A stretch of DNA of 64,000 nt from Vicugna vicugna (Eukaryota): NCBI GenBank assembly GCA_013265495.1, contig MU058241.1:993249-1057248 (forward strand), in the 5' to 3' direction. The translations under genes and the position numbers were made by a program. Numbering within the stretch: position 1 is the stretch's first letter; every line of letters starts with the position of its first letter. Positions 39,727 to 51,742 of the stretch are shown here, piece after piece. The notes under the pieces were generated by a model. It saw only the letters and a list, made by a program, of their open reading frames with translations. It was not told where the DNA came from and ran no database searches.

Positions 39727-40810
39727 TGACCCTCTACATGATATATAAATACAGGCAAACATAAACTGATTATAAAGTCCTTGACTTTTAGCCCTTCACA
39801 ACGATAAAACCGAACCAAATTTGGAACTTAGAGCAAACAAAACCATAAAGCCAGTATGTTAGTTTAATGTGGCAGAGGCTTCTGTGTTGCTGAAGCTGAG
39901 TGACTGCTTAGAACGTAACTGTAGAAACAGCCACCATTTGTGAGTGCCCTGAACTTGGCACGGCCGACTGCAGAGTGATGCACTCAACCGCAGTGCCCCT
40001 CAAACTCCCCACCCAAGCACCCTTCTTCCTTTCTGGAAGAACAAAGTTCACCCACACCACCTGCGTTGAGGTCGTTTGGTATTCACTGGGATAAACACAT
40101 CACTGATGGACTCAGTCCATCTCTCTTCTCTCACTACTTGAGACAAGCAGAGGGTACCATTTGGGACCAAGGCAACGGTAAATGCAGACAGAGGTTCCAT
40201 ACTGAGACCTGATACTGAGTCTTGCGTAAAGTTAGCCATCTTGACGATGCAGGGCATGGTCCATCCGTTTTAGACTACTATCAAGATGAAAACCAAAAAG
40301 TAATAAGAACCAATATGGCAGAAAATCAGCCAAATACCCCAAGTTTGTTTGTCGACTGTAGACTGGATTCCATGACTGATGGACCAATATTGACCTATCT
40401 TCATATTTCTTCCAAGAATACGCTCAGGTTGGTTCAAAGGCAAAGAGATGGGAATGGTAGCTGACACAGATTTAAATTCAGCTCTGTTATTTAATCACAA
40501 GGTGACTGTGAAAAGAAATACTGAATTTCTCTAGCATGTTTTCCTCTCTTGAAAAAAGGATCAGATCATGTCTATGATCCATTCTATCTTTAAAACTCTA
40601 AATACAATCGTTTTTTGGCTAGCACGTCTATATACTACATATAATAAAATGTTAGCTGCAATAAAATAATTTTTTCAATGGCTTCACAACACTTACACAC
40701 TAGAACACCGTCACTACCTCAAATCAAATCACTGTGAAATGAATGTTGATATATATTGTGTAAAAATGTCTCAAGTTTACTAGACTTCCCACAGCCAACC
40801 ATGAACATAC

Positions 40811-40897
40811 CTTCTGCACCTTCTTTAGCGGAGCTGAACACAAAGTTGCAGTATCCGCATTCGTGTGGTCCTGAACTTAATAAATCATCTGTGCTTC
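40811..40897 (-). other. Candidate 87-nt internal exon
   Basis: Acceptor catcatttttatag|GAAG and donor GAAG|gtatgt. Length divisible by 3, with one open frame (phase 1-1): STDDLLSSGPHECGYCNFVFSSAKEGAE. Protein not recognised. Confidence 0.35.
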
Positions 40898-40924
40898 CTA
40901 TAAAAATGATGTAAATTGACAGAC

Positions 40925-41122
40925 AGCAGGGCCCTGCGGCACACTGTCAGCAAAGGCTGAGACGGAAAGGCGTCTGTCTTTGCAGGCAGCCTGGGCAGCT
41001 CTGCATCCCCGCCACTGCGCCAAAAGCAGGAGAGACAATACGTAACGAGTGACCCTCTACGACTGTCAATAAAACCAGCAGTGGACTGAATTTGGCAAAG
41101 GGCTGTGGTTTGCTGACCCCTG
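40925..41122. mobile_element. MER58A-like MITE
   Basis: 'caataaaaccagcagtggactgaatttggcaaagggctgtggtttgctgacccctg'. Confidence 0.7.
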
Positions 41123-42546
41123 GTACATACCAAGGACCCAAGAAGGTGATGTGAATGGAAGAAAATGAGGAGTAATTTTGACACTCCTGTGACCATTTTG
41201 ATGCTGAAACACTGCAACTTCAAGTTTAAAGTATCAGACTTTCAAAGGGAATTGCATAAACTGTCTTGAAGATGAACTCTGATACAGTGCAGATACATGT
41301 TTACATGTTTCTTTTTCTCATGTGGATTCTGCCTATGCCGTGTGCAGTGACAGTGTACAAACAACGAAAGGCAACTTCCTTTCAACGTCTTCCTTCAAAT
41401 CGAGTTGAAAAAAAAAAAAAACGCAATAATTTGGTGTCAGTGAACAGTTAACTTCCCAGAGTATTTTCTTTTCTGTAAGAAACAATCTTAGAAAAGGCTA
41501 TGATAGCTTTTTTTTTGGGAGGAAAATTTAGTATTTTTGAGAATTTTAATAGTAAAAATTTCTTCCTTCTCCTTAGCAAGTCTATGATCTGCTTTAATGT
41601 TGGTTATTTCTTCTCAAAGGTTTTGCTCTACTTGGGAGTCAGACATTACACTGATTCCAGTGATTAAAAATTTAGATATTCTGTCAGTTTAGAACAGGCA
41701 TCAGTGAAAACAAAGTCCTTGTACAAAATGGAAAAAAAATCCCCCAAAAACAGTTTTAGCATTAGGTACTATAACAGGGCTCACTGTCTTGAATTACTGC
41801 ACAAAGGACATTGGTGTATAGGGAATAAAATATACTATGCCAAGTCAAATTGAGACCATTTAAAACCCCCGGCGAAGTCAGCATGACAGTTGAGAACCAA
41901 ATTAAATTTTATTCATGGGTTAAAAGTCTTTTTCAGTCAATGTTTCAATGAATACAATTTCAATCTTATGGTCAATCTAAAATTGTTTAACCAAGGCGCA
42001 TTGAATAATAGTATCTTAAAAATAAACCAATCCAAAAGAAAACAGTATGTGACAGTACTCCTAGTTCGGAAAGAATGGGAGATAAAAATGTTCCTAACTG
42101 TTGACCTTGAGGGAAAATTAGATTTGGGTACAAGAATCATACCCTTAGGACGCCTTTGGAAACGCAAGGGAAACCTCGATGCTGAGCTCTGCCTGCTCTT
42201 TGAAATCTCCCTGCTGATATGTACACAGGTGCCTGCTCTCTTAGGGGTTCACAGAGGTTCAGGCAGCCTGGAACAAGATGAGGAAGGAATCACTCGTTCA
42301 CATTTTAGGATCACTGAGAAACTGAAACCCACCTACTCAACTTATTCACAGACCTTCTTCTTTCAGATCTTCAGGTTTGGATTTAAAGAATCTATTTCTA
42401 TAAGGAATCAGTAATGCAAATAAATATATTTTAGTTCTGGTAAACGTTGGCAAGATCAGGAATGATGGGGCAAGCAGAAACAAATTCTGAAAAGTGTGAA
42501 AAAAAAGATGAAGTCATTAAACTGGGTTCTGCTTTGTAATATCCTA

Positions 42547-42982
42547 GGATCTCAGACATGACTGTAATTTTCAGAAGGCGCAGGTACCTAAGATGAGATT
42601 GAGATTCACACAGAGACACAGATGATTGTCAGAGCAATGTGAGGCAAAGATTTCAAAATCCCCAGAAGAAACAGATTGGAGGTTGTCGGATTTCTGCATA
42701 GTCACTTCTTCAACAACAAAGGAGTTTTCACCGCCCTGCCAAGATCATAGGATGTCATGTCAGGGATCTCAGACATGACTGCAATTTTCAGAAGGTGCAG
42801 GTACCTAAGATGAATGAGATTGAGATTCACACAGAGACACAGATGATTGTCAGAGCAATGTGAGGCAAAGATTTCAAAATCCCCAGAAGAAACAGATTGG
42901 AGGTTGTCGGATTTCTGCATAGTCACTTCTTCAACAACAAAGGAGTTTTCACCGCCCTGCCAAGATCATAGGATGTCATGTC
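42547..42982. repeat. Tandem duplication of about 217 bp
   Basis: 42547-42761 vs 42764-42982. Differences: T/C, C/T and a 4-bp (atga) indel. Confidence 0.97.
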
Positions 42983-45900
42983 TTTTGAAAAATTCACATG
43001 TAAAGTAAAAGGGCATGTTTGAAGTTTGTGAAAATCAAGCCTTTGGAACACTGTGGTAAGTATGTTGTGGTACAACACAAGTACACAATTTACGCCCATC
43101 ACAAGCAGTGCGATACCTGAATCAGTCACGCTCTTACTGCCTAGCGTCCAGTAGCCTTCCTCTCTCCCGTCTGCATCTGCTCTGTATGTTTTGTTAGTAA
43201 ATCCTACAGTCTACTGTAAACGATTTCACCTGCTATGTTCAAAGTGACTTTGGCGTATCTTTATACATGCCTCCTGGTTTCTCTGTTGGTATCTGACACT
43301 TTCTTGATTTTATCAAAGAGAGTGAGCACAAGTCAAGATTCCAAATAAAGCAACACAAAATCATTGATTTCAAAACAAATCGACACCGTAGAATGAGCAA
43401 GGGCTACAGGGTCAGAAGATCTGGGTCAAAAATATCAAACTCGACCAGTGGCGAGGCCCCTCGCAGCCCCATGAGAGAGCTGGATTCTTTCTCTCCTCTC
43501 TCTCGTGTGTGCCTTTAATCTGATCCAACTCCCCGGGAGATGTTTCGTTTTATAAAATGAGATGAGACCGAGATCTGTGAACCTACTTGGCCAACTGAGA
43601 AGACCTACATCATGCCATTCAAGGCATCATAACACAGAGGTGCCGGAATTCAAGGCGGAAAACCAAGTTCGAGGCCGACCCTGCCATGTGACCAGCCGGG
43701 TACCCCTGAGAAGCCAAGCAGCTACAACAATGTTGTGCAAACGGTGGAGATTTGGAGGCGGACCAGGCTCCCTGCAAAGCCCCACTAACTGTGTGCTGTT
43801 GAACGTATTTGTTATCTTTTCCCTCAGTGTCCAAATCTGTGAAGAGCAACTAAAAAGTGGAGTCTCAGGGTCTCAGTGGGGATTAAGCCGCACAAGGTTG
43901 TGCAGTATGGACACCAGTGCCCAGGGATCGGCGTCTCCTCCGTGGCCAAAGGACCCCTCTGAGGACCCGATCGTGAGGACGCAGGAGCACCCCATTTCGG
44001 CCGGGGAAGCCTCCATCAGGTCCCGCACACGCCAACTGGGTTTTGCTATTTCCCCTTCTGCGGATGGCCATCTACCTGCCCTGAATTCACAGACCGAATC
44101 CATCCCTAGAGGCTGAAGTCCAGCTTCATCTTCCAAGGAGAGCCCTGGCTGTCTTCCACCCTCAGCCGGCTTCCCCTCTGAAACCCTGGAGCGATGATCA
44201 CGTCCTCACTCCCTCATTATCCCTGCCCTGTCACCAGTGGTCACCACACCCAATTTTTTCCAATTCGTATCAAAGTATTGACTTGTGGGCTCTTTCTGTT
44301 TCATATTATTCTATTTATCTCTACATCTTACGGTCCCTCCCAGCATCTTCAGATTCCCAGGGCTCGCCCCACAGATAATTTTTTATCTCATTGCTATGGC
44401 TTTTCCTCAGGCGTGTTTAAACGTACCAGCTTTAGTTTGCAGCAGGCGCACCCACACAAATAAAGATAACTATCAAATATTTTTAAATGTATTTTCTCAG
44501 CTTCTAGTTTCAAGATGCATTTTCATATGCCTGTCATTTCTTCCTCCTACCAGCTCAGCGGTGAAAGACACACCAGACACGCTCAGTTCCATTTTTAATG
44601 AGGGCAGTTCACTCATCACAAGGTGCTGATCTGACCTGATCCACAGTTCACAGAAGGGACACTGTTGCCTCTGCTTTTGTCTTCATGATGCTTAACTCAA
44701 CTTCCTGATCCCCAAAATCACATGGAAGATAATGTTGCTCATAATTTAAAAAAAATCAAAACACACAGTTTAGTAAAACAAATCTTTACACAAGACTCCA
44801 CAATTACGTACACCTTAGTATGCCAGGATAAAAATTAACCTTAAGTTGCATGATTCAGTCACTGGTGACCACTGACCTGTTTACTTGGAAGATTCTGCAT
44901 TATCTATAGACCTAACATTAGTCACTGAACGCCCCAAATAGGGGAGTTTGTTATAGTCATACAATTGCAGATGCAGCCAGCTCATGTGGTTGTGTAATTT
45001 TGCACTGAGGACCTTTAGACACTTGACAAAGTACAGAGTTCTTTACACAGTGTATTACTCAGTTTGGCCACAGCAAATCCCCCTGCCCAAGAACTCTTCT
45101 GAAGCCTTTTTTTTTTTTTTCTGTCTTGCTGGCTCTTATGAAATGTGGATCCAGTTCAGTACAGGCACAAAAAAAAAAAGATGCCAATGTTAAAAAAAAA
45201 TAAAAGTGACAGCTGGAGAAGAAATAAACAAGGCTTCTTGGCTATCGATCATGTACCAAGTCACACAGCTGTGCTCATAGCAACTACAAGATGGTTTTCG
45301 TGGGGAAGACGTCTCTCAAGGCACTACATGAGGCAAAGATGGGAGAGGAAGCAAAATTTAAATCATTTGAAAATTCACCTGGTCTGATCATGGAATAAAA
45401 AGGTGGAATGTCTAATGGCTATACACTTTAAATGTCCTTAAAAGTTACTTAAGCTTTCCTGGGGTGGGGAGAGCGGAATGCATTAACTTATCAAATGCAA
45501 TAAAACTCCCTATTTTGCATTTTAACATCTTTTGAGATCAGAGTACAGCAAAATCATCCTCAAAATTTACCCAGATTAATACTCTGATATATCACCATGC
45601 TAATAAGTATGATTCCACCAAGTTACAACAGGAGATGAGGTCAGAGTGTAGCATTAAGTTGTATTAGCCCTTATTCACTAGAAATGTTTTAAACTACTCA
45701 TTTGAAAAAGGAGGAAAGATGGTTCTATTCCTTTTAAAAGATAAGATTCAAACACATTAGGCAAACTTTCACAGTTCCCTAAGGGTTTCACTCCAACTCT
45801 TAATACCACATAGCTACTCAAGGTATGTTGTCACTGATCGACACACCGATCACATACTGTATCTGAACAGTTTTCACTGGCAGATTAGCATATTTCCTCT

Positions 45901-46041
45901 TCAGTATGAGAACAAATTCAAAGAATTTAGACAAAGAATTATTAAGCAACACTTTTCTTCAACGAGATGAGTATCTTTTGTATCTCCAAATGTGAGGGGC
46001 CTGACTATAACACATTCAAAACATGCTGATTAAGACGGGAT

Positions 46042-46778
46042 GGAATGATAAATGCTGGAGAGGGTATGGAGAAAAGGGAACACTCCTATACTGCTGGTGG
46101 GAACGGAGTTTGGTGCAGCCATTATGGAAAACCAGCAATCCCATGTCTGGGCATATATTTGGAGGGAACTCTAATGTAAAAAGGTACATGTACCCCAGTG
46201 TTCACAGCAGCACTATTTACAATACTCAGGACATGAAAACAACTTAAATGTCCTTCAACAGATGACTGGATAAAGAAGATGTGGTATATTTATACAATGG
46301 AATACTACTCGGCCATAAAAAAGAATAAATTAACACCATTTGCAGCAACACGGATGGACCCAGAGCTCATCATTCTAAGTGAAGTAAGCCAGAAAGAGAA
46401 AGAAAAATACCGTATGATAGCACTCACAGATGGAATCTTTAAAAAAAAGGGGGGGGGAGATACTATGAACTCACCTACAAAATAAAAACAGACTCGCAGA
46501 CATAGTAAACAATCTTATGATTACAGGGGAAAGAGGGTGGGAAGGGATAAATTTGGGGGTTTGAGATTTGCAAATGTTAGCCACTATATATAAAAATAGA
46601 TTTTAAAAAGTTTCTTCTGAATAGCACAGGGAACTATAATGCAATATCTTATAATAACTTTTAATTTAAAAGAATATGAAAACATATATATGTATGTATA
46701 TGCATGACTGGGACACTGTGCTGTACACCAGAAATTGACATGTTGTGACTGACTGTACTTCAATTAAGAAAAAAAAAG
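46042..46778 (+). mobile_element. 5'-truncated lineage-type L1 (end of ORF2 plus 3' UTR) with poly(A)
   Basis: 'aaatgctggagagggtatggagaaaagggaac'; ORF remnant MWYIYTMEYYSAIKKN; 3' UTR nearly the same as 10818-11335. Confidence 0.93.
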
Positions 46779-47699
46779 TTGGGAAGAAAGAATTTAAAAT
46801 ATGTTAGAGGAGAGTATCATATTTAAAGTGGTTTAAAATATAATAATATTTTCTACTTAAGGTGTAGGTTCCATTTGTTTAAAATAATGTTAATGCACAG
46901 AACACATGGTTTACCTACTGGAACTGAATGAAATGAACTCTTCCCTCAGCATTAGCACAGCTGCGTATGGATTTAGTCGTTTTTGATGTACCTTCCCAGG
47001 AATTTTCCTAGGACTTACCATTTATATGAGAAAATATGTTCTGAGTTCCAAACGGCCACTTACAAAGGGATTGCTGGAACGTTCGGAATCTAATGAACAC
47101 GTCACCAGGACAATATACAATGCTGCTGAATATTTGAGTTTTATTTATCTTCAGTGACAAGATACCTTGCATAGCCACAGGGTGTTAAGTGTTGGAGTGT
47201 GATTATATCTGATGAAACCCTTATGAAACTGGGGACGTTTTCCTATGTGTTAGAATCTTAAGGAGTTATTTATAGGAAATAAGAAAAATGGCTTAATATG
47301 CTTCCCCACGTGTGACAGGAATATTACAGAGCTGGAAAAGGACGAAGACGTGTACTGATTCTGGAGGGAGTACCAAAGACCTATATAAGTGAAAATCTAG
47401 ATCACAGTGGACTTTGGAAACCTGCTCTCCTCTGGGTATTGAAATAGAGTTTACTGCTTCGTATCTCAGGACTCTGCCCGGCATGGTGTGATTATCGGTG
47501 GTGGGACAGGTGATAACAGATTGGAAAAGACCTAGAAATTAAACCTGCCCATTTGGAAAAGGTGAGTCGCTCAAAACTCGAATCCAACAAAGCCCAATGC
47601 AACTAAGGGAAGACAGATATCTGATAAGCAGAGAGCCAGCCAGGTGTACAAGAAAAGTCAACAGGAGTTATCCAGAAGGGCAGCAGATCAGCACGAGAT

Positions 47700-47890
47700 T
47701 AAAACCTTCAGTTTTGGAATAGGTCATTCAGGTGCTGCCACTGAATACTTATGCAAACTACGCTGGGCTTTTGAACTTCTGAGTTTCTTCTTACGTGAAC
47801 TGGGAATAACACTTTAAATCGGATGAAGTTGTTGCAGAGGCCAAGTAGATACGGTGTGCTAAGTGTCTGGTGCACCACCGTGACTCATTT
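47700..47890. mobile_element. MIR SINE fragment
   Basis: 'ttgaacttctgagtttcttcttacgtgaactgggaataacac...gttgttgcagagg'. Confidence 0.45.
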
Positions 47891-50800
47891 GACTGCACCA
47901 AGTAATATGACTTGATGGAGAGGCACTCAGGGTCTCAGGGGTCAATACACCAATGCAAATCAGCAGAGGGGCAGGTGGACCAGGGCGCGGGCAGGCAGGA
48001 GCAGCACATGGCTCACAGAGCCAACAACTGTGCCTCAAGGCAGTGACCTTGGAATCCCCACCAGCAACAACACCACCACCAAGAGTGGCCTCCAACGCCT
48101 CTCCAAGGAAATAAACTCAACACCAAAGGCATGTGAGCAACACAAATGCACCTTTCAGAGGGGTCCACTGCTCCTTCCTTGACAACCACCCTAAGCGCTT
48201 ACAACAGATACACACACCTAGAAGATGCTAACTAGGTTGCTCATCTTCAAAGCGAGATCTGGGAGACTTCCAGCTTCTAGGAGTTAAGGGTTTCGGGCAG
48301 GATACTGAGGGCATAGAGCATGGATCTGGTCACAGAACCAGAAAAGGCAGGTGGCCTGTCGCCAGAGAGGGGCACGACGGAATCTGGTTATTACATAATT
48401 TGTGCAAAACCAGAGTTAGACTAGTTGATCGGGACTTGCCGCTACTAGGTACCACCATGGTCCTACCCATAGAAGGGGACTGAACTTACACTGAGGATTA
48501 ACTGACCAACTGAGGGAAAGAAACAATGTTTCAGAGACCAAGAAACTGGCTCTACCAACAAGTCAGATACTCAAGGGCATGTTACCAGTCACCTGGAAAT
48601 GCACCTACCACGTCCTGTCTGTGTGCCAAGTGTTTACGCCCTTCAATACCGTTAACATGTTGGGCTCTGTTCTATTTCTCAAAACTGCTGCAAGGTGCAA
48701 AATCAGTTCCGTTCTCCCTCAACAAGTGTTGGGCACTTGAAATGGCATGGGAAAGGTAATCTTCCATTAACTACGACAGAGAAGCTTCGAGAGCTCTGGT
48801 GTTCTAATGACTAACTTAAATATCTCATGTGTAAATGTTTGCTGCATTTTAACAACCTGACCCCCCCACCACTGCAACTTCTGTGCTTCCCTCTTTGATC
48901 TTTCCTTTCCACATAGCACTCTCCCAACTCCTAACCGTGGCTGGTTTGATACCCAACCTGTGATTACGAAGGGTGCACACCGATTTGGTCAACAAGATGG
49001 CGGTAACTGGATGGAGGCTTCCGTCTGGATTCACTCCTTAACCCTTAGCCAACAGTTGCTTTTCTCCCAAAACTTTTTTCAGACTCAAGAAATTAAAACA
49101 CATGGTGCAATTAAAAAAACTGGTGTAGACCCAGCCCTTCTCAGATAACCTGCTACCATATTTTCAGCTTTGCCTACGTTCCTCTTGCTCCATTTTAAGA
49201 AATAGTGGGATTTAGCTCCCTTCTGAAGAAGGAGAAGAAACCACACCATGAGACTTCCAGAGACAGCACTCTGTCTGCCTTTTCCATCATGCTGGACAAG
49301 CATTTCCTCATATAAATCAAAGCAGCTGTGGCAATCAGGCCTGACAAAGTCTCCTCCACGTACTGCTCTAATGACTTCCCAAACGGTGCAGCGTTCAGAG
49401 CTTTAATGACCACACCACCCACAGTCTCCCCACACTGGTCCACGCCATCCACTGGAGATCATCTATCTTTCTGCTCAAAGTAATGAACAGAAGAGCAGCA
49501 GGACTCAGACTACACTTTCATGTTTTCAAGTATGATCTATGCAGAAGAGCGGGGACCCCAGGAAGTAGCCACAACACGGGCAGTGCACTGTTTTGTCAGC
49601 AGATCAGGTTAACGCTGCTTCTCTCTCTGTATGGTACACGGGGAAAGCATCGACCAACTCCAGGGCAGTTCACGAAAACCAGCAGCAGCAAAGAAACGTG
49701 AGGCCAGCTCTTCTCCAGATACTCATGTACACGTCTGCCTGTACGTAGGGAAGTCCACACCGCTGCACAGAGTGTTTCAGCGAGTTACCTAGCTATCTTC
49801 TCATCAGTCATGACCCAACAGCACGAAACTGTAGCCACATCTTAACTACTTACGTTCTGAACGCCTAGTTAAGCCGCAAAACTGGCTAATGGCTGAAACC
49901 ACTCTACCAACTTGCTGGTGGTTTCGTAATCAAAGAGAAGAAGCCAGGAGAATCCAGGAGGGTGAATTCATACCAAAGTACATAAATAAACCATGAATGA
50001 AGTCCTCTTCCCAACAGCTGGACTGGAGTACTCCCAGCAATCACCCCATCACCACTCCACTCTCAGAGGAACTGGAGCTCCCCTGAATCAGTACTGGAAG
50101 TCAGCAAACCATCATGCAATTACATTTTGTTTGGCTCTCAGAGAAAATAAGTCCCAAATCCTCCTGGCCCGCTTATTTGCAGAGGTGACCCTTGTAAGAC
50201 TTTCTGTTTGGAGCAAAGCTGTCCGTCAGGGGTCCCTGGTTTGCACAGACACACGACTTTGAGCAGCTGGCGATAAGTCACCCATGCATTGTTAACGCTC
50301 ACGGATTCCCCCTCCAGCTGCTGCTCCGGTGGCTCCCAGCCGGCTAATTCTCACTCACAGCAGATAAACGGGACAAAGCTGTGGCACTCCACTGCTGCAA
50401 ACAAACCCATTACTCTGAACTCAGCTGCTGGTTTAGGGTCTTAGCTGAGCACTGAAGTTCAAGGGTCTGGAAACCACTTTTCTCCCTGCCTTGGTGGTGC
50501 TATTCCAAATCACGGAGCAACCCTCAACCTTGTAAACTAATTATCCTCAAATACATCCAGTCTGTTCCCCCAAAAGGAAGACTGTTAGGGTGAGAACTAT
50601 TTCTGTATAAGTTTAATATGAATGTACTTCACAAATGAAAAGGATGCTGCATCTGTCTTGCTAGTAAATCTAAAGAAGCAACAGAGGACACAAGTCGAGA
50701 TGCACTTCAGTGTTTGCAGGGGAGCAAACTAGAACACTGATATAGTACTTATGTTAATTCTCCACACTCACCACTGTGCATCAAAAAACGGATTGCATTT

Positions 50801-50941
50801 TGAAAATTCTAGTAAACAATCATCTCTAAAGTTTGGGAAAGACACGGTTAACAAGGAATTAAGGAAATTATTTTGTTGCTGGTTAACAAGTGAACATAAT
50901 GCACTAAACACTGACAGGTTTGACGTTACAGTTACTCTGTA

Positions 50942-51742
50942 CCGGGGCTTCTCTGCACCGGCAGCACTGACACCGCGGGCCAGGGGACTCCCTGCCGTAA
51001 GGAAGTGGCCCGCGCGCTCTTCGCTGCGCAGCAGCATCTCCGCCCCCTCCACCCCTGACCATCAAGAACGTCTGCAGATACTGCCAAGTGCTGCTTGTGA
51101 GAGAGGAGGGAAGGGGACAGGGCACAGCCACTCAAGGAATGACAGCAACCAAAATGCTGGAAGAGTCACCTCCTAGTTGGCCTTGAGGATTAAGAGGTTT
51201 AACTTCTAGTAAGTAGACTTTGAGCTTCATTATATGCTCATTGTAACAGCATGATCAAATTACATGCCCGCAGGCATCATGACAGCCCCAAGACTAACTG
51301 CAAAAGGCCAAAGAATGGGTGGCAGCCCAAACCCTGGGAATCCCAGCCCCCTCCCCAGGGCAGTTGGATTGATCCCACCTGTAGGTGTGTGAAGCTACTG
51401 AGACCCTAAAAAGTGACAACACCACGCCTAATGGCCGCCCCTTCTCTCTCTCCCTCTTCGGACACGGCCCACATTCTGTCTGTGGAGTGTGTACCTACCT
51501 ACTTTTAATCTGAGCACCCGACCCCTACACTTTGTGGCCTACTCTTGCCTTTCAATGTATGTGAATAAATCTACCTTCACTCAACCGTGGCTCGCTCTTG
51601 AATTCTTCTCTGTGCGAAGCCAAGGACCCACACTTGGCGGGGCACATCCCAGGGGCTCAACTTGGGACACAGCCCTTCTCGTTCCCCACATCTGCTTTCC
51701 TGCATCACTTGGAGCAAAATCAAGCCGAGCTGCAAACCTCTG
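50942..51742. mobile_element. MER20 MITE split by an LTR insertion (parts at 50942-51097 and 51708-51742)
   Basis: Left part 'ggcagcactgacaccgcgggccag...agcagcatctcc...gtctgcagatactgccaagtg' continues after the LTR as 'gagcaaaatc...gcaaacctctg', matching the MER20 layout. Confidence 0.65.
51098..51707 (+). mobile_element. ERV1 solo LTR, MER41-like
   Basis: TG...CA termini; 4-bp TSD CTTG at 51094-51097 and 51708-51711; AATAAA at about 51564 followed by the MER41-type U5 'ctcgctcttgaattcttctctgtgcgaagccaaggaccc'. Confidence 0.85.
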
